Below are positions 56,895-64,000 of a DNA stretch of 64,000 bases, one piece after another. The translations under genes and the position numbers were made by a program. Positions within the stretch are counted from its first letter, which is position 1. Each line of letters starts with the position of its first letter. The notes under the pieces were generated by a model. It searched no databases. It was not told the origin of the DNA and saw only the letters and a list, made by a program, of their open reading frames with translations. The DNA is from Eggerthellaceae bacterium (GTDB lineage Bacteria > Actinomycetota > Coriobacteriia > Coriobacteriales > Eggerthellaceae): assembly GCA_963625925.1 (NCBI GenBank), contig CAVFVF010000003.1, positions 2,476 to 66,475 of the forward strand, in the 5' to 3' direction.

Positions 56895-57232
56895 TGCAAT
56901 TCCTTTCACGTTTAAATTCGGGGTTCCGGCCGGGCTGGGCATGCGCTTTGGGGGCGCCCTATGCTCGGGGGGAATTTTTCAAGTGCTTATTTTACTCCAA
57001 TGCAGTGGAGTGGTGCAGTTCATCACGAAAATGAAGCAACTGGCAAGCAGGGCTCCGTAAACGGTTGCCGCATGCGAAAAACCATAGAGCCAAAGGCAAC
57101 GGAAACGGAGCTGGAAGACTAACCAAGGCAAAAGACCAAAGGAGCGCAAGCCCCCCTGGTGCCCGCAGGCATCGCCATAAAGCAGCGTGCGACACGCAGC
57201 GCTACGTGCGACGCGCAGCACCACCAGGCACC

Positions 57233-58099
57233 TTACGAAGCTGCAACCCTTTCGGCTTCTTCGCGAACAGCAGAAGCTTCCGAAATGGAGCGCTTCACGG
57301 CAGCTTCGCTTACCGTTTTGGTGCTTACAGAATGCGCCTCTTCGCGCTTTGCCAATGCGCCTTCGGCGGCGCCGGCTACTGCCCTTTCGCTTTCTTCCAG
57401 CTGATGCCTGCGATTGTTGGCAGCTTCTTCAACATCGCTGGTTTCTACTGCGCGCATCAAAATTTGCATGCGGCGCTCAACGTCTTCGATGATGGCGCTG
57501 CAGTCTTTCAGCTCATCGAACATATCAATGCCCTCAAGCTTTACGTCCTGCTTGTACTTGAGCGCGTGCTCGAGCGACGCCCAAAAATCCATAGCAATGG
57601 TGCGCAGCTGAATTTCAACCGGCACGTACTGCTTGCGATCAAGGAAATACACCGGCACCTTAACGATGATGTGCAGACTGCGATACCCGTTGGGCTTTGG
57701 GTTGGTGATGTAGTCTTTAACCTTCACTATTTGAAGGTCGTCCTGCAGCGAAAGCACCTTCACCAGCGCTTTTACATCGTCAATGTACGAAACTATTACG
57801 CGCATACCAGCAATGTCCAAGATGTTTTCTTCCATAGACCGCACTGTTATGGGCACACCATAGCGCTGCAGCTTTTTATACACGCTTTGCGGCGCCTTTA
57901 TACGCGATTCAATGTGGTGAATAGGATTGCGGCTTAGGCGATATTCCAAGTCGGCATCCAAAATTTCGAAGCGAGTTTGCATTTCGCGGACGGCCGCTTC
58001 GTATTTTTTGAACAAAGGCTGGCTTGCCATTTCAAACAGGCGATACTGCTCGGTAACCTTGTTCACAATTTGCGCGTCAGACGCTGTTGCGCTCGACAT
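57233..58099 (-). CDS. Small alarmone synthetase (RelQ/RelP-type GTP pyrophosphokinase)
   Basis: 288 aa. RelA/SpoT synthetase core (IAGMRVIV, GYRSLHIIV, VEIQLRTIAMDFWASLEH) with no hydrolase domain. Confidence 0.88.
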   Translation of the reverse strand: MSSATASDAQIVNKVTEQYRLFEMASQPLFKKYEAAVREMQTRFEILDADLEYRLSRNPIHHIESRIKAPQSVYKKLQRYGVPITVRSMEENILDIAGMRVIVSYIDDVKALVKVLSLQDDLQIVKVKDYITNPKPNGYRSLHIIVKVPVYFLDRKQYVPVEIQLRTIAMDFWASLEHALKYKQDVKLEGIDMFDELKDCSAIIEDVERRMQILMRAVETSDVEEAANNRRHQLEESERAVAGAAEGALAKREEAHSVSTKTVSEAAVKRSISEASAVREEAERVAAS

Positions 58100-58426
58100 A
58101 AGTAAACAACCCCTTGTGGTTTAGGAACATATAAGCCGGCACGCTACCGGCGCCCGGCTGCAGCCACGCTCCGCAAGGGCGCGCAGCCGTGCATATCTTT
58201 CGGCCCAACTATACGCAAATCCCGTACGGAGGATTCGCTTTCCACGAGAGATTCACCCCACGTGTAGAGCAAATTACGCTTCCGTTACAAAAGGAAGCTA
58301 CACAGGGAGAAATTAACCCTACATACGACCCCAGGAGCAAATACGCCGTCCCTTGGCGGCGCAAATAAAGGGCTTTGGGCAAGCGCCAGCAGAACAGCGA
58401 ACCTGCCCCGGCGTGCTTACCCGAGC

Positions 58427-58459
58427 GAAAAAAGAAACGCCACCCGAAGGCGGCGTTTC
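58427..58459 (-). terminator. Terminator after glnN
   Basis: gaaacgcc..ggcgtttc hairpin with a T-run on the - strand. Confidence 0.65.
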
Positions 58460-58482
58460 CAAAACTCTGCTTCGCTTTTGGC

Positions 58483-60573
58483 TTATGCGTAGAACAGAAT
58501 GTCGTTGTAGGTGGGAACCGGCCAGTAGTCGCGCTCAACAACGCATTCCAGAGCATCGATTTCGGCACGCAGAGCCTCCATGGCAGGGATTACGGTGTTG
58601 GCGTAAGCATTTGCCTGCTCCTGCGCATCTTCGATCTTCTCGGTTTCGTCATGGGCTTTAATAAGCTCGCGAACAGCCTTGGCAGCAGCATTGGTGCCGT
58701 CGACGATAACCTGCAACACCTTTTCGGTTTCAGACATATCGGCGTTGGGCATTGCCGCCTTAACCGTGGCAATGTTGCTTGCCAGGTCGGCCATGTAGTC
58801 GTTGATGGCGGGCAGGTAGGTGCGGCGTGCCATGCGAATCATGGTGCGGGCTTCGATGTTGAGCAGCTTGTTGTACTTTTCGAGCTTTACCTCGTAGCGG
58901 CTGCGAACCTCGGGCTCGGTGAGCACGTTGAACTCATTGAACAGATCGAGCGACTTCTGGGCAACGAAGCAAGGCAGAGCCTCTGCGGTGTTGCGGTTGT
59001 TGGCCAGGCCGCGAGATTCGGCTTCCTTCTCCCATTCGTCGGAGTAGCCGTTGCCGTTGAAGATGATGCGCTGGTGGTCGGTGAGCGTCTGCTTGATGTA
59101 GGCGATTGCAGCCTTTTCAAACTCGGCGCCTTCCTTGCCCTGCAGTGCATCGGCAAAGCCCTTCAGGCTCTTTGCCATTGCGGTGTTCAAGATCATGTTG
59201 CAGTCGGAAAGGTTTACTGCAGAACCCGGCATGCGGAACTCGAACTTGTTGCCCGTGAATGCAAAGGGGCTGGTGCGGTTGCGGTCGGTGTTGTCCTTCA
59301 TGAACTTCGGCAGAACAGCTACGCCCAAGTCCATTGCAATGCCCTCGGCGGAATGGTATTCGTCGCCAGAGATAAGAGCATCTACGATAGCGCCCAGCTC
59401 GGAGCCCAAGAAGATGGAGATGATGGCCGGAGGTGCCTCGTTGGCGCCCAGACGATGGTCGTTGCCAGCGCTGGCTACCGACATGCGCAGCAGCTCTTGG
59501 TATTCGTCTACCGATTCAACAACGCAAGCCAGGAACACCAGGAAGCGCAGGTTTTCCATGGGGTCGTCGCCGGGGTCGAGCAGGTTTACCTTGCCGTAGG
59601 AAAGCGACCAGTTGTTGTGCTTGCCCGAGCCGTTGATACCTTCAAAGGGCTTTTCATGCTGCAGGCAAACCAGGCCGTGATGGGATGCGTTCAGACGCAT
59701 CTTTTCCATGGTGAGCAGGTTTTCATCGATTGCACGGTTGGAGTTGGTGAACAGAGGTGCCAGCTCGTGCTGAGCAGGAGCAACCTCGTTGTGCTTGGTT
59801 TTAGCAGAAACGCCCAGCGCCCACAGGTCACTGTCGACTTCCTTCATGAATTCGTTAACAGTGGGGCGAATGGCGCCAAAGTAGTGCTCTTCAAGCTCCT
59901 GGCCCTTAAGCGGTGCAGCGCCAAACAGCGTGCGGCCGGTTACTACCAGGTCTTGGCGGGCAACGTAGTCCTTTTCAGAAATAAGGAAGTACTCCTGCTC
60001 GGCGCCAACGGTGGAAACGACGCGCTGGCCGTCTTCGCCGAAGAACTTCAAAACGCGCTGAGCCTGTTCGTTAACAGCGCTCATAGAACGAAGCAGCGGG
60101 GTCTTCTTGTCAAGCGCTTCACCAGTGTAGGAGCAGAATGCGGTGGGGATGCACAGCACTTCGTCCTTGATGAATGCATAGCTGGTGGGGTCCCATGCGG
60201 TGTAGCCGCGAGCTTCAAAGGTTGCGCGCAGGCCGCCAGAGGGGAAGCTAGATGCGTCGGGCTCGCCCTGAATGAGCTCCTTGCCCGAGAACGTCATGAT
60301 TGCGGTGCCGTCGCCTACCGGATCAAGGAAGCTGTCGTGCTTTTCGGAAGTGATGCCGGAAAGGGGCTGGAACCAATGGGTGTAATGGGTTGCACCGTGC
60401 TCGATGGCCCATTCCTTCATGGCGTGAGCCACAACGTTTGCCACCTCGATGTCGAGCGGCTTGCCTTCCTTGATGGTCTTGGAAAGGCTCTTGTACGTTG
60501 CGGAAGGAAGGCGTTCCTTCATCACATGCTCATTGAACACCATGGATCCGTAGATATCAGATACGTGGGCCAT
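58483..60573 (-). CDS. glnN: Glutamine synthetase type III
   Basis: 696 aa, the GSIII length class. N-terminus [15 protein letters not shown] and a GS catalytic core. AAGGAGAG RBS. Confidence 0.88.
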   Translation of the reverse strand: MAHVSDIYGSMVFNEHVMKERLPSATYKSLSKTIKEGKPLDIEVANVVAHAMKEWAIEHGATHYTHWFQPLSGITSEKHDSFLDPVGDGTAIMTFSGKELIQGEPDASSFPSGGLRATFEARGYTAWDPTSYAFIKDEVLCIPTAFCSYTGEALDKKTPLLRSMSAVNEQAQRVLKFFGEDGQRVVSTVGAEQEYFLISEKDYVARQDLVVTGRTLFGAAPLKGQELEEHYFGAIRPTVNEFMKEVDSDLWALGVSAKTKHNEVAPAQHELAPLFTNSNRAIDENLLTMEKMRLNASHHGLVCLQHEKPFEGINGSGKHNNWSLSYGKVNLLDPGDDPMENLRFLVFLACVVESVDEYQELLRMSVASAGNDHRLGANEAPPAIISIFLGSELGAIVDALISGDEYHSAEGIAMDLGVAVLPKFMKDNTDRNRTSPFAFTGNKFEFRMPGSAVNLSDCNMILNTAMAKSLKGFADALQGKEGAEFEKAAIAYIKQTLTDHQRIIFNGNGYSDEWEKEAESRGLANNRNTAEALPCFVAQKSLDLFNEFNVLTEPEVRSRYEVKLEKYNKLLNIEARTMIRMARRTYLPAINDYMADLASNIATVKAAMPNADMSETEKVLQVIVDGTNAAAKAVRELIKAHDETEKIEDAQEQANAYANTVIPAMEALRAEIDALECVVERDYWPVPTYNDILFYA

Positions 60574-60719
60574 CTTCTCTCCTTCAGGTTTATGCCGCCT
60601 TGGCGGCCTTGATGAAACGAGCGGTTAGCTTTGGTTAATTGTGCCACAACTGTGCTCGCCTTTTACGGTACGTCTTAACCCTAGTAAGCGTTTGTTTCGA
60701 ATTGTTTTCAGCAGCGCAA

Positions 60720-60751
60720 CGCCTTTGTTTCTGTTCGCCTTTGTTTCTGTT
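60720..60751. repeat. Perfect 16-bp tandem duplication upstream of glnN
   Basis: cgcctttgtttctgtt occurs twice in tandem. A third, related tttgtttc lies at ~60691. About 150-180 nt upstream of the glnN ATG. Confidence 0.9.
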
Positions 60752-60804
60752 AAACCGCTCCGGGGATAAAGTCGCTTAAAGCCCGGGTGTTGGGCCCCTG
60801 AAAA

Positions 60805-60830
60805 TAAAAAAGCCCGGCGCTGGGCCGGGC
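60805..60830 (-). terminator. Terminator after the 124-aa membrane protein gene
   Basis: gcccggc-gctgg-gccgggc with a T-run on the - strand. Confidence 0.7.
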
Positions 60831-60867
60831 CAGAAATTACTTTGCGCAAACCAAGCGGTTGCCCACT

Positions 60868-61242
60868 TTAGCCAAACGCTACCGAAGTATGCACAGGCAC
60901 AGGAGCTGCAGCCGCGCCGCTGAGCGCCTGGATTGCCGAATCCATGCAACCAGAATTAATGAACAGCACCAGGAAGAACATGTTGATGGCAAAGCCTGCC
61001 CAGGTTGCCCATTCGGCCTGCTTGCGCGTGCCCTGCGTAAGGCTGCCCTGGAATACCAGCGCTCCTACCATGCCAAAAATGCCGCCGAACAGGCCCAGCA
61101 AAAACCAACGAACCTTGCGGGCGAAGGGAAGAACCTCTGCCTCAACTGCTGCAGGCGGCATGGGAGCTGCCTGGGTATTCTGCACGCCTTCGCCTGCAGA
61201 AGAAAGCTTTACGTTGGTGTTGGTGTTCTGGTTAAGCGACAT
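60868..61242 (-). CDS. Small hypothetical membrane protein
   Basis: 124 aa. GGAGGA RBS. Polar N-terminus, then two hydrophobic segments (WFLLGLFGGIFGMVGALVF, WAGFAINMFFLVLFI). Confidence 0.6.
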   Translation of the reverse strand: MSLNQNTNTNVKLSSAGEGVQNTQAAPMPPAAVEAEVLPFARKVRWFLLGLFGGIFGMVGALVFQGSLTQGTRKQAEWATWAGFAINMFFLVLFINSGCMDSAIQALSGAAAAPVPVHTSVAFG

Positions 61243-61311
61243 TGCGATTCCTCCAAACCATATGCCAAACGTTCAATAAGTTGTTCGGGCGACCCCTCAG
61301 ACGCTGCGAAC

Positions 61312-61346
61312 TGAACGTGTTTTGAACATGTTTTAGAACGTGTTCT
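61312..61346. promoter_or_regulatory. Three head-to-tail copies of a TGAACGTGTT-type motif
   Basis: tgaacgtgttt / tgaacatgtttt / agaacgtgttct at an 11-12 bp period, between the lysR stop and the promoter region of the 124-aa gene. Confidence 0.5.
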
Positions 61347-61349
61347 ATA

Positions 61350-62246
61350 TTAACCAAGCAAGCGAGGAAATCTATATGCACTCATAAAATCTATAAAGTC
61401 CTGCACAACTTTGGGCTGGCGGCCTTCATCGCGGCTTACCACATACGTTTTATGAAAGTCGACCGGAGCTTCGCGCACGGGGATGCACACCACGTCGTCG
61501 AACGCGTTGATCATGAGCGAATAGCAGAACAGCGCCACCTTCGCTTCATTTGCGGCCACCAGCGAAGAAAGCGTGATTTCATCGTCGTAGCCAAATTCAA
61601 CGGTAAGGTCATAGCCTTCAATAAGCTTGGCAACTTCGGTGTGCACCGGCGACCCAACGTTGTACGAAACAACCTCCAGCCCCTTTAAGTCGGCCAGCGA
61701 AACTTCCTTCTTCTTGGCCAAAGGATGCTTGCGGTTTACACCCAACACCAAAGGCTGGCTCCAGCACAAGTTATAGCGAAGGTCGGTTGCATCATCGATG
61801 CGGCTGGCAAAGGCAACGTCTAACTGCCCGGTGCGCAGGCGGCGCAAAAGCTCGCGCGAATACGCCTGGGTAACAGTAATGTGAGGCTCGTAGGGGCTGT
61901 CCTTGCGAAACTCAACAAGCGCCTGCGACCAGAATTTGCCCTGCATAGCGTGAATGGTGCCCAAATTGATGGTGGCGTTTTCGGTACCCAGCGACTCTTC
62001 GGCCAGCGTACGGGCGCGATCCAGGCTGCGCAGCGCGCCGGTAACGCAGTCGGAAATATCGCGGCCAATTTCGGTGAGCTCTACCGTGGAGCGATTGCGC
62101 GAAAACAGCTGCACGCCCCATTCGTCTTCCAAACGCTTGATGGCAAGCGAAAGTGTAGGCTGCGAAATGTTTAGGTCTTTCGAAGCGCGGGTGTAATTAA
62201 GAACTTCAGCCAAATGCTCGAAGTATCGAAGATCCTCAACTCTCAT
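61350..62246 (-). CDS. LysR-family transcriptional regulator
   Basis: 298 aa from the ATG at 62246 (GAGAGGGGA RBS). HTH YFEHLAEVLNYTRASKDLNISQPTLSLAIKRLE. Confidence 0.88.
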   Translation of the reverse strand: MRVEDLRYFEHLAEVLNYTRASKDLNISQPTLSLAIKRLEDEWGVQLFSRNRSTVELTEIGRDISDCVTGALRSLDRARTLAEESLGTENATINLGTIHAMQGKFWSQALVEFRKDSPYEPHITVTQAYSRELLRRLRTGQLDVAFASRIDDATDLRYNLCWSQPLVLGVNRKHPLAKKKEVSLADLKGLEVVSYNVGSPVHTEVAKLIEGYDLTVEFGYDDEITLSSLVAANEAKVALFCYSLMINAFDDVVCIPVREAPVDFHKTYVVSRDEGRQPKVVQDFIDFMSAYRFPRLLG

Positions 62247-62402
62247 CTGTTCCCCTCTCTTAGACGAGATATTAATGATAATAATAACGCAAAACCCCAC
62301 GTAAAACACGGCGAACGTGTTCATTTTTACATTTGGAAACAACCCTTTTCCCATCAGGGCAAAACGCGCCGCCGCCAAAGCTGCCTAGTGCACCCGCGCC
62401 CG

Positions 62403-62594
62403 CCAGTGCACAGGTTTGGCAATGGCGCGCCGCAGTAGCGAAGATCAGCCCTGATGGCGAAAACGGCTCTGCGCCTGGGAAGCCAGGCTTGATTGGGCCA
62501 GACGCACGCCCTACCCCAGCCATAGCCAACACACATCAAAGGGTCTGGCGCACTCGAGCCCACCAGTGCACAGGTTTGGCAATGGCGCACCGCA
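62403..62594. repeat. 32-bp direct repeat pair, 160 bp apart
   Basis: ccagtgcacaggtttggcaatggcgcRccgca at 62403-62434 and 62563-62594 (31/32). Confidence 0.9.
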
Positions 62595-62858
62595 ACAAAA
62601 CAAATGCAGAAAACAAAGAGGCGGCACAAAGGCCGCCTTTAAAGAACGATGGCCACGCTCCCCAGCACGGCCATCTTTGTTTGTGGCGAGCCTCGATCCC
62701 CATTGAGACTTCGCCGCCTTTGGGCACGCCCCCCAGCATGCTTCAAAGGCATTAGCTGCGTTCTTGCCTCCCCAGGTAAGAACCGCAACCTGATGACTTC
62801 ATTATGCACTTTCGTTACATTCTGTGCTTATAAGGTTATCTCGATTCCTTGCCTTGTT

Positions 62859-62956
62859 ATTAAGTTTCTTAATGTGAAAGGGTGTGAACGTGTTTAACTG
62901 TAATAACTGAAAGCGAATAACGGTTAAATCCCACTTATTCAATTAAGAAACTTAAT
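62859..62956. promoter_or_regulatory. Two 15-bp palindromic sites in an AT-rich island
   Basis: attaagtttcttaat (62859-62873) and attaagaaacttaat (62942-62956) are reverse complements of each other. Each has the form ATTAAG-N3-CTTAAT. Confidence 0.5.
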
Positions 62957-63015
62957 ATGTTTTACGAATACCAATATAGCGGCATAAGCGGGCGCAAACA
63001 GACCGGGGCGATCGA

Positions 63016-63240
63016 GCTAGGCGGCTCTTTCCGCAAACTGCCAAATAACAGCGTGCGCAAGCTAGGCGGCTTCTTCCCTTAAGCTATCACCATGAAATTA
63101 CGCGGCTAGCCGCTTCTCCCTTTAAGCTGCCGCCATGAAAGTACGGGCAGGCTAGGTGCTTTTCCTGCAAGCTGCCGCCACTGCGAAACATCTGGGCTAG
63201 GAAGCTTCTTCCTGCAAATCGCCATCGCCCGGATGTTTGG
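63016..63240. repeat. Five-unit ~45-bp tandem array; the last unit is the true 3' end of the eamA-like gene
   Basis: Units start with gctag at 63016, 63061, 63105, 63151 and 63196. Neighbouring units share blocks such as gcttcttcc, aagctgccgcca and gaaa. Similarity decays with distance from the gene. Confidence 0.8.
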
Positions 63241-63991
63241 CCAGCACAAACACCGTGGCCATAATGAACACAAAGCCCAGAATGTCTATCCAGGTAAAGG
63301 TAGTGCCCAGCCACAGCACGGCAAATAGCGTCGCCGAAACCGTTTCGATGCTGGAAATAAGGCCGCTTTTGGCCGCGCCAATGTCTTTAATTGCCTGGAA
63401 GAACAAGGTAAAGCCCACGATGGTGCCAAAAAACACCAGGCCCACCAGCAGCATGGCCCAACCCTGGGCATCAAAGCCCGGGTCTACCGTCCAACTTTGC
63501 AGCCCAACTGAAAGCATGATGCCGCCCAACAGCAGACCGCCGGCCACCACAGGCACGCTGCCAAAGTGCAGCATGAGCTTGCGCGGGATGAGCGTATACA
63601 TGGCATACGTAAATGCCGAAACAATGCCCCAGAATAAACCCGCGGGCGAAAGCACCATTGTGGTGGGGTTACCATGCGTTGCCAACAAAAACGTTCCCGA
63701 AACCACCAACGCCATGGCGGCAATTTCGCGCACAGTAGGGGCACGGTGAGTACGCATGCACAGATAGAACACCACCAAAACCGGGCCTATATATTGGATA
63801 ACCGTGGCCGTGCCTGCGTTGGAATTCTGAATGGCCAATAAATAGGTTATTTGGCAAGCTGCAATGCCAAACACCGCAACCACTACCAACTGAGCGATAG
63901 TTTGCGGTCGCCTCCATAGCGCTAAAAACGGGCCGCGGTAAGCCACCAAGGCAAACACCGAAAGCACCACGCCTGCGCAAATCATGCGCAC
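63197..63991 (-). CDS. DMT-superfamily (EamA-like) transporter, probably truncated by the window edge
   Basis: At least 264 aa of hydrophobic EamA-type helices. The true start may lie beyond position 64000. Confidence 0.75.
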   Translation of the reverse strand: MRMICAGVVLSVFALVAYRGPFLALWRRPQTIAQLVVVAVFGIAACQITYLLAIQNSNAGTATVIQYIGPVLVVFYLCMRTHRAPTVREIAAMALVVSGTFLLATHGNPTTMVLSPAGLFWGIVSAFTYAMYTLIPRKLMLHFGSVPVVAGGLLLGGIMLSVGLQSWTVDPGFDAQGWAMLLVGLVFFGTIVGFTLFFQAIKDIGAAKSGLISSIETVSATLFAVLWLGTTFTWIDILGFVFIMATVFVLAKHPGDGDLQEEAS

Positions 63992-64000
63992 CGAAGAAAT

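Noticed and set aside
56895-57232. T-box or ppGpp-type leader upstream of ilvE.
   Set aside because: No specifier or T-box sequence, no ykkC-like core, and no terminator/antiterminator pair could be identified.
62411-62434. Sigma-54 promoter (TGGCA..GC) inside the 32-bp direct repeats.
   Set aside because: The GG-to-GC spacing is off by one and the -12 TTGC element is missing.
63016-63240. CRISPR array.
   Set aside because: The repeated portions span the whole ~45-bp period with decaying similarity. There are no unique spacers, no leader and no cas genes, and the last unit is part of a coding sequence.

Overview
GC-rich chromosomal window, mostly housekeeping genes. Gene content and order look like a Coriobacteriia-type actinobacterium; that assignment is inferred from synteny and is not verified. 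I call about 60 protein genes, 4 tRNAs (Arg-CCT, Ser-GCT, Ser-TGA, Pro-CGG) and one clear FMN riboswitch. Most long + strand ORFs in the track are antisense shadows of real - strand genes. Left to right: an fha/pstP/rodA-pbp/pknB cell-wall signalling cluster in which the SEDS and class B PBP parts are one 918-aa ORF; FMN riboswitch-ribU-ecfA1A2T; a DUF2207-eamA-aroK operon; tRNA-Ser(GCT) followed by a field of repeats; an arsR/membrane-SRPBCC/FAD-oxidoreductase operon bracketed by identical 30-mers; lemA-ispE-tadA; aroE; an ABC-F ATPase; ferrochelatase; usp; tetR; cysS-ispF-ispD; clpC with a CIRCE-like palindrome upstream; lysS; greA; tatA; two tandem coiled-coil NlpC/P60 hydrolases; hpf; an amino-acid ABC transporter; GNAT; MFS; vanZ; usp; a CpsB-like PHP phosphatase; an orphan LytTR regulator; hom; lysA; rlmH; a yerC/PfoR-like membrane protein/binding-protein operon; ilvE; a small alarmone synthetase; type III glutamine synthetase; lysR; a partial eamA. 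No CRISPR array, transposase, integrase or recognisable defence system is visible. The unusual material is mostly non-coding. (1) 3'-end duplications of tRNA-Ser, lysS and eamA. (2) A recurring TGAACGTGTT-type motif next to regulator genes. (3) A 184-bp element with 25-bp terminal inverted repeats. (4) A tandem repeat carrying poly-C tracts. (5) An in-frame-collapsed metA remnant. (6) A roughly 950-bp gene-free gap dense with repeats. The best candidates for uncharacterised functional modules are the yerC/PfoR-like/binding-protein operon and the tRNA-Ser-adjacent arsR/SRPBCC/FAD operon. All calls are by eye from the sequence and ORF track; no searches were run.
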